Below are positions 29,204-37,802 of a stretch of DNA of 64,000 nucleotides, in pieces (positions within the stretch are counted from its first letter, which is position 1; each line of letters starts with the position of its first letter). Source of the stretch: a virus (lineage: Duplodnaviria; Heunggongvirae; Uroviricota; Caudoviricetes); the IMG/VR virus record IMGVR_UViG_3300009614_000107. One strand, written 5' to 3'. Below the pieces are notes generated by a model. That model was not told the DNA's origin, searched no databases, and saw only the letters and a list, made by a program, of their open reading frames with translations. Both the position numbers and the translations under genes were made by a program.

Positions 29204-29797
29204 TTAGAAGGTAAGTGGATTCCTAGCTGTATTTGACGTGCAGATAGTGAAACTTCCGTCTATGAGCTTTTGCAGGATTGTTTCCTTGTCTAGACTGTCA
29301 ACATCCATTTCCATCCAGCTTGCTCGAAGCTGATAGGGCATATGTAGATCGTCTGAGGCATAGAAGTTCATACCCTGGAACTCGTCAAGATTATTTGATA
29401 TCTGAAGGATACCAGAATTGAACATCTCAAGACCGTTAATTGTTGGGAAGTTTCTCATTAGTACATCAATACTGGCAGATGTTAGATCTGACAGTCTGGG
29501 ATGGGATATCCATTTAACTCTACAGGACTCCCATATTTCGATAGGCATTCCTGTCGTTTTTGTTGGTTCTAATCCTAGGAGATGAGTCATACCATATGCA
29601 CTGTACTCGATTCCCTTGAACAGTAGGTATTTCTTCCTAAGTCCTTTCAGGTGAAGAGGGTGGGGAATAGTTAGAGTGTCGTGATCTGTTATGGCCACAA
29701 CTTGATATTTGGTTGTTAGAAGTTTGAGTAGGCTGTGAATATCCAGCTCGCCATCACTCATATTTGAGTGATTATGTAAACTAAGTGCTATGTGCAT
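29204..29797 (-). CDS. PHP-family metal-dependent phosphoesterase
   Basis: LHNHSNMSDG, AITDHD, GIEY, SHP, ASDDLH. Confidence 0.85.
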   Translation of the reverse strand: MHIALSLHNHSNMSDGELDIHSLLKLLTTKYQVVAITDHDTLTIPHPLHLKGLRKKYLLFKGIEYSAYGMTHLLGLEPTKTTGMPIEIWESCRVKWISHPRLSDLTSASIDVLMRNFPTINGLEMFNSGILQISNNLDEFQGMNFYASDDLHMPYQLRASWMEMDVDSLDKETILQKLIDGSFTICTSNTARNPLTF

Positions 29798-29847
29798 TAT
29801 TGATCATTACCAAAACTGTTGATGTCATTTATAAATATTGTGAATAT

Positions 29848-29950
29848 AGAGAGGAATAGTCCCATCGAGAGTTAGGAGGGAGTCGCACCCTCCAGATACC
29901 CCTTTCGGAATATCTCAAGGACAGAAGTATCTCGGTAGTACGCCATCTCT
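29848..29950 (-). ncRNA. Y-RNA-like element Y4
   Basis: AGAGA-TGGCGTA-CTACCGAGA-TACTT...GAAA hairpin, T-like arm GGAGGG-TGCGACT-CCCTCC...TCTCGATGG-GACTATTCC-TCTCT; TATA at 29972. Confidence 0.8.
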
Positions 29951-30189
29951 GCATAAGGAATACATTCTGAATTTATAAATATTAACTAAGCAATAACTTC
30001 CTTCACAGTAACTATATCATAATAGTTTGGTTTCACAACCTTTTCATTTCCGTGTGCTTTTCCAATATGAATAAAAAGTTTTCCAGATAGCTTGCTTCTA
30101 CACGCAGATACCAAAAGTGGTGAACCTGTATTATTCTGAATTTCAATTTCTTCAGACATAAACATCCACAGAATAAAATATGTTTGTAT

Positions 30190-30372
30190 TTATAAATATT
30201 TGGTAAGTACCTCCATTGCCCCTCCACAACGTGGGCATCCGTTTTTAACGTTAGAGTGGGAAACTCCCCAGTGCCACTGTGGGCCTTCTCTTCCGTTCCA
30301 TCTGTACCTACGGTTCCTACCTGTCCCGTAGTCATATCTAAACACACGTGTACCGCATTTGGTACACCTCAT
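30190..30372 (-). CDS. Zn-ribbon protein
   Basis: MRCTKCG...CPRCGG; start moved to the in-frame ATG at 30372. Confidence 0.6.
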   Translation of the reverse strand: MRCTKCGTRVFRYDYGTGRNRRYRWNGREGPQWHWGVSHSNVKNGCPRCGGAMEVLTKYL

Positions 30373-30465
30373 CAATATCTGTCTGGTTTGCAACTTATGT
30401 TCACACTAGCTCATAGCCAGAATCCGTGAACTTGGGACTCTAGCTTATGAACTAGTCATTCGTTG

Positions 30466-30540
30466 CCTTCACTCCTCTTCACCATACAGCACATCACTTT
30501 ACTATACTTGACTTCACAATACTATACTCCACTATACAGC
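30466..30540. repeat. 5-nt periodic tract (ACNNN)n, 15 units
   Basis: ccttc actcc tcttc accat acagc acatc acttt actat acttg acttc acaat actat actcc actat acagc. Confidence 0.85.
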
Positions 30541-30588
30541 ATCTGTAAAGTCTACCCCATTAGAATTTATAAAGATTTGTGAGAAGTC

Positions 30589-30667
30589 GGTGTGCATAGA
30601 GAACCAATGACCTACCCAGTGAGGCGAGAGCCACCCTATGCACACCTTTTTGAGTGAACGGCTCTCG
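30589..30667 (-). ncRNA. H-type pseudoknot RNA PK1
   Basis: S1 CGAGAGCC/GGCTCTCG interleaved with S2 GGTGTGCATAG/CTATGCACACC; own TATA at 30691. Confidence 0.7.
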
Positions 30668-30700
30668 TGTAAGAAACACACGTGTGTACGTTTATAAATA

Positions 30701-30823
30701 TTATGGATTACTAGTTCCTTTCTTGAGGCTTCTTCGATAAAGCCAAATAAGGAACCAGGCTGTAACAACAGCAGAAACATAGAAGGCTAGAACAACAGCC
30801 TCATCCCAAGACAATTCTATCAC
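30701..30823 (-). CDS. 40-aa single-TM peptide (not in ORF track)
   Basis: GTG start after an AAGG element; hand translation MIELSWDEAVVLAFYVSAVVTAWFLIWLYRRSLKKGTSNP. Confidence 0.55.
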   Translation of the reverse strand: MIELSWDEAVVLAFYVSAVVTAWFLIWLYRRSLKKGTSNP

Positions 30824-30833
30824 CTTGAATCTT

Positions 30834-30935
30834 GGTACGTGAGGTGGGAACTACTTTGTCTCTCTGTCGGGGCTTACTGTCGATGGGAACGGGATTCCTC
30901 ACGTACCCTTGACGATGCCTCTGCCGTTCCCAATC
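30834..30935 (-). ncRNA. H-type pseudoknot RNA PK2
   Basis: S1 TGGGAACGG/CCGTTCCCA interleaved with S2 GGTACGTGAGG/CCTCACGTACC; own TATA at 30953. Confidence 0.7.
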
Positions 30936-31003
30936 TGTACACGGTGTACCAGTTTATAAATTTTTGGGAATAGATGGATATTTTTCTGTATAAATTAAAA
31001 ATT

Positions 31004-31087
31004 TGAAGGGAATTGTCGCAAAGCGATATTGGCTTTCGCCAATCCAATTTTCAGTCAGATGAAGTATCGCTCGGCTACGCCACTTCA
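31004..31087 (-). ncRNA. Y-RNA-like element Y5
   Basis: TGAAG-TGGCGTA-GCCGAGCGA-TACTT...ATTGGC-GAAA-GCCAAT...TCGCTTTGC-GACAATTCC-CTTCA, then a T-run; TATA at 31108. Confidence 0.8.
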
Positions 31088-31132
31088 CCACAAGAATAGA
31101 CTGTGAATTTATAAATATTTGGGTTAAAAATT

Positions 31133-31211
31133 AGAAAGGAATTGTCGAAGGGGGAAACTGGCTTTCGCCATTCCATATACAGTAGAAGTATCCCCATTCT
31201 ACGCCATTTCT
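31133..31211 (-). ncRNA. Y-RNA-like element Y6
   Basis: AGAAA-TGGCGTA-GAATGGGGA-TACTT...TGGC-GAAA-GCCA...TCCCCCTTC-GACAATTCC-TTTCT, then a T-run; TATA at 31234. Confidence 0.8.
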
Positions 31212-31243
31212 GATCCTAAGAACACAATACGAATTTATAAATG

Positions 31244-32626
31244 TTATCCAAACCAATCATCCACAGGCTCTGGAGTGACTGGAATTACGGACTCAAGTCC
31301 ATATATCAGACGCTTTCCAATATAGGTAACAACTCGTGTTGTTACAGCATTTCCACACATTTTATAACGTTGTGTGTCTGATATCCTAACTTCTTTTCCA
31401 TCAACAATGCCTGTTGCTGTCCAATTGTCTGGGAAGGCTTGTAAGCGTTCACACTCGATTGGTGTCAAGCGTCTGATTCTGCGTTCAACATCTCCAACAG
31501 CTTCAGCATCTGCGACAAGAGGTAGATGCCCACCCCCTGCTGGAGTTCGAATAGTAGGTGAGTTCTCGATAGAAACTCTTGGCTTATCTTCACCAAATCC
31601 ACCGTAGATATTGTGAAGCATAACTAAGTTGTCCTTTGCTACGCCTGTAAGGTTGTTTGAGATCTCTTTGGGTGTTTCTAAGTTTCTACCAAGTCCAGCT
31701 TTGGTTCTGGTTCTATCAGCAACTATCATTATGCCCTGTGGCTCTTGCGCTGTAAGAGTGAATGAATCTTCACCATCTTCTTTTATTCGCTCACCGTTCT
31801 GTGTTTTCTTTAATCTATTTGGAGTAAGGACAGGCTGAATGATTAAAGGATTGTTGTTACCAGCATTTGAGGCTGGGATTGTTCTAACCTCATCTTGCAT
31901 ATGATATTGTTTCTTTACGTTTGGCTCTTTAGGGTTGGTTGAGGATATTGCCTTGACTTCATCTGATGCTATGACGGTTCTCTGAGCGTGATTGTCTACT
32001 CCTTTGAAGTAGTTTCCATCGATAGCGTGTGCGACTTCTCCCCATTCTTCAAGTTGTCCAATAGCCGTTTCACCGATGTCGATGAAAGGAAATACTGCTC
32101 TGGAACTTCCTTTTCCAAGATGTCCGACAATGAAGATCCTTTCACGGTTTTGGGGAACACCGAACCACTTAGTATTGAGAACTTGCCATTCGCATCTGTA
32201 TCCGATATGCCCCAATTCTTCCAAGATAATTCTAAAGGTATGTCCCTTATCGTGGTTGAGGAGTCCTTTGACATTTTCCAGAAGGAGTAACTGGGGTCGA
32301 TGATGTTCTGCAATTCTGACAATTTCCCGAAATAGAGTTCCACGTATGTCGTCAAATCCTTCCCTTCTACCAGCGACACTAAATGCTTGGCAAGGAAATC
32401 CACCACAGAGAAGATCGTGCTGTGGAACTTCTTCAGGAGATACGGTTCTGATATCTCTTGTATCGACTGTGGTTTCTGGGAATCTTGCTCTGTAGACGGA
32501 AGAGGCATACTTGTCCCACTCGTTTGCCCAGACACATTTGAAGGAACTGCTTGCTTGAGTGAGTCCGTAATGAAATCCTCCAATTCCTCCGAAGAGGTCA
32601 ATGAACCTGACTTCTTTGATTTGCAT
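31244..32626 (-). CDS. DNA cytosine-5 methyltransferase with extended multi-module variable region
   Basis: IDLFGGIGGF, GGFPCQAFS, LLLENVKGL, QNRERIFIV, RRLTPIECERLQAFPD, RYKMCGNAV. Confidence 0.93.
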   Translation of the reverse strand: MQIKEVRFIDLFGGIGGFHYGLTQASSSFKCVWANEWDKYASSVYRARFPETTVDTRDIRTVSPEEVPQHDLLCGGFPCQAFSVAGRREGFDDIRGTLFREIVRIAEHHRPQLLLLENVKGLLNHDKGHTFRIILEELGHIGYRCEWQVLNTKWFGVPQNRERIFIVGHLGKGSSRAVFPFIDIGETAIGQLEEWGEVAHAIDGNYFKGVDNHAQRTVIASDEVKAISSTNPKEPNVKKQYHMQDEVRTIPASNAGNNNPLIIQPVLTPNRLKKTQNGERIKEDGEDSFTLTAQEPQGIMIVADRTRTKAGLGRNLETPKEISNNLTGVAKDNLVMLHNIYGGFGEDKPRVSIENSPTIRTPAGGGHLPLVADAEAVGDVERRIRRLTPIECERLQAFPDNWTATGIVDGKEVRISDTQRYKMCGNAVTTRVVTYIGKRLIYGLESVIPVTPEPVDDWFG

Positions 32627-32937
32627 TGATCATCACTCACTGGTTCCACCACAAAGACTTGGTTCGTTCCGTGGGAACTGCCCTCTCTGATCGCTGGTGC
32701 AACATCCTTCAGGGTTTGATTCCGATTTTCCATCCCATCCCCAGCTTTGTGCTGGAAGTTGCTGGGTGCTATTATCATCGGAACGTGTCCTCCTCCTGTA
32801 CCCATAGCTTCTTTTAATGTTGGGACTAATCCCTCTCTTGATTTTACTCCTCCCTTCTCTTCTTGGGAACTTTGGTTCCATATGACGGTAGGTTCTTTTT
32901 TTGGGTTTTGGGGTGTGGAACACATTATATCACACAT
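31996..32937 (-). CDS. alternative-frame partner of the C5 methyltransferase (EcoHK31I beta-like) with extra TRD-like modules
   Basis: Open for 313 aa, overlapping the MTase by 631 nt; ends SWKNWG...SSLSDILEKEVPEQYFLS; N-terminal LVPTLKEAMGTGGGHVPMII resembles SPTIRTPAGGGHLPLV in the MTase; TATA directly upstream. Confidence 0.65.
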   Translation of the reverse strand: MCDIMCSTPQNPKKEPTVIWNQSSQEEKGGVKSREGLVPTLKEAMGTGGGHVPMIIAPSNFQHKAGDGMENRNQTLKDVAPAIREGSSHGTNQVFVVEPVSDDQCKSKKSGSLTSSEELEDFITDSLKQAVPSNVSGQTSGTSMPLPSTEQDSQKPQSIQEISEPYLLKKFHSTIFSVVDFLAKHLVSLVEGKDLTTYVELYFGKLSELQNIIDPSYSFWKMSKDSSTTIRDIPLELSWKNWGISDTDANGKFSILSGSVFPKTVKGSSLSDILEKEVPEQYFLSSTSVKRLLDNLKNGEKSHTLSMETTSKE

Positions 32938-32970
32938 AGGAATAGATTATAGATTATAAATATTTGGAGA

Positions 32971-33366
32971 TTATGATACACAGACCATAGGTATGCTTCT
33001 GTGCATTAAATATTTCTTATTAATTTCATCATTATGATATATTTTGTGTGTATAACACATTACAGGCATTGTTGCCTCTACATCTGCTGGTGTTTCTGGA
33101 CAGTGCCTACAAACATTAGTTGTGATTGCCACATAACCACACATTGGGCAAACACATTTTCCACTGCTACTCCAGTGTTCTTGAGGAATGCCTGGAGCGC
33201 ATAGATTTCTTGGCATAGAACTATCATATTTAAATTGGTTTTTAATTGTTTTTTCTCTAGTCCAACCCTCTTTAAGAACCCACTCTTCTAACTTCTTTCT
33301 TTCTTTCTGAGAAAGTCTTACTGAGCCACCGTGATAGTGTTTTGGAAGATCACTTACAGACATCAA
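32971..33366 (-). CDS. Cys-rich hypothetical protein
   Basis: CVCPMCG, CRHC, C..H. Confidence 0.5.
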   Translation of the reverse strand: MMSVSDLPKHYHGGSVRLSQKERKKLEEWVLKEGWTREKTIKNQFKYDSSMPRNLCAPGIPQEHWSSSGKCVCPMCGYVAITTNVCRHCPETPADVEATMPVMCYTHKIYHNDEINKKYLMHRSIPMVCVS

Positions 33367-33640
33367 TCAATTCCTCTATTGCCTTGATTATATCTTTGTA
33401 CTTATGACCACCTGATATGGAACCAATTGGCTTGGCATCTTTATAGACACAAAACATTGGCAGTTTACCATCATTATTTGGAAAATCTCCAATTATTTTG
33501 GTTGCAACCGTGTCTACTCCAAGATTGTAGTGGAAATAATGCCAATCCATCTTTTCTGCCATTATTCTCTCCCAAGCTGGTTGCATCATCATACAGATTC
33601 CGCATCCAGGTCGAGATATGAATATAACATCAATGTCCAT
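33350..33640 (-). CDS. thioredoxin-like protein
   Basis: PGCGICMMM.P, LPMFCVYKD.K.IG...G. Confidence 0.75.
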   Translation of the reverse strand: MDIDVIFISRPGCGICMMMQPAWERIMAEKMDWHYFHYNLGVDTVATKIIGDFPNNDGKLPMFCVYKDAKPIGSISGGHKYKDIIKAIEELIDVCK

Positions 33641-34254
33641 TAGATGTTCCTCCAGATTTTTATCTGGTTCTTAGGACTCCAGATTCCAAAGTCAACATAC
33701 GTCATATCAGGATCTCTCTCAAGTTTGTATGGCACACAACAGGGAATTGCAAGAACATCCCTATGTGGGGCATTGATATGGTCGAGCGTATTCTTTAAGG
33801 TTGCGTGTGAGTGAACACAGACAATAATTGTTCTTGAGTTGAACTTCAAATCCAACTCCTCTATCCTAGACTTGTAACAAGTCAATCTTTCAATTCCCCA
33901 ATCTGTCTTGGCCAGATTAGGATCAACTGAAATGCAGTTCCACCTTGTTCTCAGAGCAAATAACGCTGCGGTTCGTGGTTGCCTACCATCTCCAACCGAA
34001 ATCAGATTGATATCTTTGTAACCAAACTTTGTCATATCCCGTCCAAGGAGATATTTGGTTACTCCCCAGAATGCACCTTGAGATTCAGTGACTTCTTTTC
34101 CATCTGGGAATATCTTTCGAGAGGTTAGATCTGCTAGGCATTGGAGTCCCATAAACTCGTTAATGTACCTGAACAGAGCTGGGTTATAGTTGGTGTGAAT
34201 AATTAACATATCACTTGCCAAGTTGATAATCCTCCCAAGATTCTGTTGTTTCAT
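33640..34254 (-). CDS. putative SAM-dependent methyltransferase-fold protein
   Basis: LISVGDG..PRTAALFA...ISVDP, VCVHSH, PCC. Confidence 0.5.
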   Translation of the reverse strand: MKQQNLGRIINLASDMLIIHTNYNPALFRYINEFMGLQCLADLTSRKIFPDGKEVTESQGAFWGVTKYLLGRDMTKFGYKDINLISVGDGRQPRTAALFALRTRWNCISVDPNLAKTDWGIERLTCYKSRIEELDLKFNSRTIIVCVHSHATLKNTLDHINAPHRDVLAIPCCVPYKLERDPDMTYVDFGIWSPKNQIKIWRNI

Positions 34255-35598
34255 TTAGTGTTTTCTTTGCACCATAATTGTATTTAGTCTGACCTAAAAA
34301 TGTAAAGTACCAGAAATCCAATGTACCATTCGAGATGCTTGTTGTCTTTTTGACAAGCACATTCATAGAGAAAGCGTCTGTTCTATACACAATAGTATCT
34401 GTAACTACATAAACTGAGTTTAATGGTGGCATATTATGGAAACGAATGTAGAGGAATGTGCTGACTGTAAGAATAATTACAAGACCAGCCAACACTAAAT
34501 ATTTTGAGTCATCTTTGTGCTCATCATCATATACATTTAAAATACTCAAAGAATACCCCTCAGATTTTTGTGCTTCTTTATGTATTCTACTTCCTTCTCT
34601 GTGTACTCTGCATTGAAGTTAGTAATTGCTGATTTCAGAGCATCTTTTGCACTGTAGTGCATTGGTTTGTCTATTGTTGGGTGAGACTGGCTATAGTTTT
34701 GTCCAATGAAAACAACCTGTAAAATATAATAAAAGAACTTAGCAGATATATAAGCACCTAAGTCTCTCTCATTTTCTGGGTTCTTTTTATATTCTTCCTC
34801 ATAATATTGCTCACCTTTTGAAATCAGCATTATGAACCTTTCTTCTTCCATTTCACTTGGTTCAAACTCAAAACACCAATTTCCTTTCTCATTAAACCAG
34901 GCATTCATTCTTTTCTCACCATATGTTTATTGTGAATTGGAATGTCACAAATGTATTCAAATTTATATGGGCAAACAGGTGTTTCATTATTATGAACCTG
35001 TTTTATGACTTCTGGGTTCTCACAGAAAACCTGTATCGGAATGCCATTCTCATCTGTCTCTTCTTCATAGAATGGGCATCGACCAAGCCTGAATGTAGCG
35101 TTTGATTTTCCACTTTTACCCATCAAATCACCATTTGGCTATGTTTATACCAAACTTCTTTTTCTTTAGTGGGTCAACTTTCTTTATGTTTTGGAACGCT
35201 TCAAACTCCTTCATAGTCATCATTTTATGACCACAATATACACAGAAAGTTGCTGTATCTGGTATTTGTTTTCCACATTGTGTGCAATACATTTATTTTC
35301 TCTCCTCTGGCTGACCACAGTAGTCACAGGAATCTTCGTTTCCTTTGTCATAGTGACAATAATGATCTGGTGATTTTGGACACCACCAACCGAAATCGTG
35401 ACCACAAATGGCACATCTAACTATACCAACATCATCGTGAAACATATTCACTTCTAGTAGAGTATGTTTACAACTGTTTTTTATAGTCCATAATCTTCTT
35501 TGAAATCTATCTATTGTGATCGTTAAACTTGATATCTGTGCTCTAAGATAATCTTCGTCTTTTGTTAATTCTCTCTCCCTTTTCCAATCATCTTGCAT
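34211..35598 (-). other. run of small hypothetical ORFs (34211..34549, 34546..34908, 34905..35126, 35293..35598)
   Basis: Overlapping stop/start codons; several Cys clusters. Confidence 0.5.
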
Positions 35599-36801
35599 TT
35601 ACATCTCTCCTTTTCTCCTGAGATAGAGGCAGTAAGCATTGTAGACTGCCCCAGGTGACATCTTTGGGTGCATTTTGGTAAGAGTTGGCATTACCTTGGC
35701 TTTGTCATTGTAGGAGTCGAGTTTCATATTGTCTAGGTTGATCCAGACTTTGAATGTCTCTTGTGGGAAAGCGAAGTCAAGCTGCTCTCTAATCTTTGGA
35801 CCAGCAGTGTTGACTAATGTCTCTGGGTAGTCCTCAAGCAACTCCTGACGTGCGGTGTCCATCAGGTCATTGAAGGATTGGGTTGTCCTGATTCCCTCAA
35901 GTGCCTTGCGTACAGCCTTCTTGATCTCTGGGAGTTTGATCTGTCCTCCAGCCATTATGTAGGCTAGGTTCCTGCACTCCTCACATTTGATTTTTCCAAA
36001 GGCTTGGTCTTGTATGGATGAAACCCAAGACTTTGCAACCATTCCCTCTGAACCGTTGTCGATTCCGTACTTCTCGGCTGAACGCCTTACCATCCACTCA
36101 AGTTTGTCCTGAGTAAGGATCCCCTCCCACTCAAGGATGGGCATCTCGATTTGGTAGGTGTTGAAGAGTTTCTTCTTCTCAGCATAGGATAGGAACTTAT
36201 GTGTTTTTCTGTCAACTATGTCAAGTCCCTTTTGTGCGATTGGAATTGTATAGTGGACGTACTCACATGGATTCTCGTATCCGTAGAGCTCGGAGAAAAC
36301 AGTGTAATCGTCCTTGGCTAGTACCCTAATACATTGCATTTGCATAGTTTTTTCAGCAAGTTTAAGGAACTCGATTCCATTGAAGGCTGTCCCTGTAGCA
36401 TCTGGAGTTCCCCTAGTCTTTGTGAAGTACTGATTGATTGATGGCTCGAACCAAGTCCCAAGGTTAGTTCCATCTACCTTCTCCTCACACCAGACATACT
36501 GCTCCTGCATCTCAAAATCATCTGCGTAGGGAATTTTAGGATAAGCCCTGAGTACCTTTGCCTTTCCGTCTAGAAAGTAGAAGAGTGAACCAAACATCAA
36601 GTCTCGTCCTGGTCCGTAGGGAAGGTAAGAATATCCACGGTATGTGTGTCCGTTGACCTTAGTATTGAAGTATTTGAAGAGGTCAGGCAATCGTCCTGTG
36701 TTCTCACAGATTATAGCAAGCATCTTTGTCTTGCTTCTAATCCCCTGGAATGACTCCTCAATTGCCTTGAATTTGGATGCAACATCCTCTACGGGTTTCA
36801 T
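35599..36801 (-). CDS. ATP-dependent nucleotidyltransferase, probably an Rnl2/Rnl3-type RNA ligase
   Basis: YPKIPY, EEKVDGTN (motif I), FSELYG, LDI, EGMVAK, KIK, plus a helical C-terminal domain. Confidence 0.75.
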   Translation of the reverse strand: MKPVEDVASKFKAIEESFQGIRSKTKMLAIICENTGRLPDLFKYFNTKVNGHTYRGYSYLPYGPGRDLMFGSLFYFLDGKAKVLRAYPKIPYADDFEMQEQYVWCEEKVDGTNLGTWFEPSINQYFTKTRGTPDATGTAFNGIEFLKLAEKTMQMQCIRVLAKDDYTVFSELYGYENPCEYVHYTIPIAQKGLDIVDRKTHKFLSYAEKKKLFNTYQIEMPILEWEGILTQDKLEWMVRRSAEKYGIDNGSEGMVAKSWVSSIQDQAFGKIKCEECRNLAYIMAGGQIKLPEIKKAVRKALEGIRTTQSFNDLMDTARQELLEDYPETLVNTAGPKIREQLDFAFPQETFKVWINLDNMKLDSYNDKAKVMPTLTKMHPKMSPGAVYNAYCLYLRRKGEM

Positions 36802-36847
36802 TACTGTTCAGATAAGAAAGCGTGTTTGTGTTTATAAATATTGTGAA

Positions 36848-37258
36848 TTAGTCGTATATCTCAATGGTTGCACTAGACCAATCAAAATCAACTAAGTGTA
36901 TCAGTTTGTTATAAATATAAAAATCACCCATATCAGGATAAATTGTATAAGCAAAGTGGGCTGAACCAGACCAAACCTCAACTATAAATGTGCTTAGATA
37001 TCTGCCACCACCGTCATATCGACCACCGTAAATTAGATTTACATATCTTGTGTTTTCGTATGGACCATTGTTACCCATACTAAAAACATCTGTGCTTTGC
37101 CCCACCATTAAATTGACTGTCTTATATGTTGGCTGTTCGGTGGCATTCACTGGTTGAACAGTGAATATTTGCTTTTGGAATATCAATACAACAACAGTGG
37201 CAGATAGTGCCATAATTATAAGGACAGAGATTGCAATGTATTTGTTCATAATAATCAC
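36848..37258 (-). CDS. single-TM exported protein
   Basis: N-terminal TM, beta-rich domain. Confidence 0.5.
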   Translation of the reverse strand: MIIMNKYIAISVLIIMALSATVVVLIFQKQIFTVQPVNATEQPTYKTVNLMVGQSTDVFSMGNNGPYENTRYVNLIYGGRYDGGGRYLSTFIVEVWSGSAHFAYTIYPDMGDFYIYNKLIHLVDFDWSSATIEIYD

Positions 37259-37800
37259 TCCATTTTAGAACCAGTTCTGGTGCTGATTAGATCGGCTGCA
37301 CATAGGATTCCCTCAAGATATGTCTCTGGGAAAACTGAGGTCTTAGACCAGCCACCCATATGGCACAGTATAGCATTGCAGACTTCTTTTGGCAGAGCCT
37401 TGCCAGTTACTATCGGGTAGTTGATTATTGGGAAGAGAGAATGATCTGGACCCCTTGGAGTTACATATCTCCACTCGGTTAGTGGAAACTCTGGGTTTCG
37501 TTCATAATCGTCCAGCTTTCCAAAATCGTGAAGGAATGCAGAGGCTATGAGATAATCCTGGTTTACTGGATAGGTCACGCAACTTGAGATGTCGAGTGCC
37601 ATCTTCATTACTTCTGCTGTGTGTCGAATAAGACCACATTCCTGATTACCGTGGTGTCCTATTGATGCTGGCCATTTTCTGAACCTATCTTGATAATATG
37701 AAAAAAATAATATGCAACCCTCTTTCAGTTTTTCATCTTCTATTTTACCGAGAAGGTTAAGAATTCTTCTTGTGTACTCTTCGGCTAACTCTTCATACAT
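37255..37800 (-). CDS. HD-domain phosphohydrolase (YhaM-like)
   Basis: PAS..HH...GLIRHT, LHDFGK, H, HMG, AADLIS. Confidence 0.85.
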   Translation of the reverse strand: MYEELAEEYTRRILNLLGKIEDEKLKEGCILFFSYYQDRFRKWPASIGHHGNQECGLIRHTAEVMKMALDISSCVTYPVNQDYLIASAFLHDFGKLDDYERNPEFPLTEWRYVTPRGPDHSLFPIINYPIVTGKALPKEVCNAILCHMGGWSKTSVFPETYLEGILCAADLISTRTGSKME

Positions 37801-37802
37801 TT

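Noticed and set aside
30532-30780. 82-aa minus-strand ORF, and 30033..30347
   Set aside because: Both cross TATA boxes and overlap better-supported features (PK1 and the 40-aa peptide; the Zn-ribbon gene)
30589-30935. PK1/PK2 as HDV-like or theta ribozymes, or as RNase P RNA (GAGGAA in PK2)
   Set aside because: No P3/L3/P1.1 elements between the stems; too short and lacking the P4-forming 3' conserved region of RNase P
30285-30945. About 22-nt similarity between the Zn-ribbon CDS (gtacagatggaacgg) and the PK2 5' end (gtacagattgggaacgg)
   Set aside because: Short, gapped and on the same strand; cannot be told apart from chance by eye
28221-31211. The repeated GAAGTAT...TACGCCA motif as a CRISPR or mini-CRISPR array
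   Set aside because: Copies are non-identical and irregularly spaced, each has its own promoter and internal pairing, and no cas gene is present
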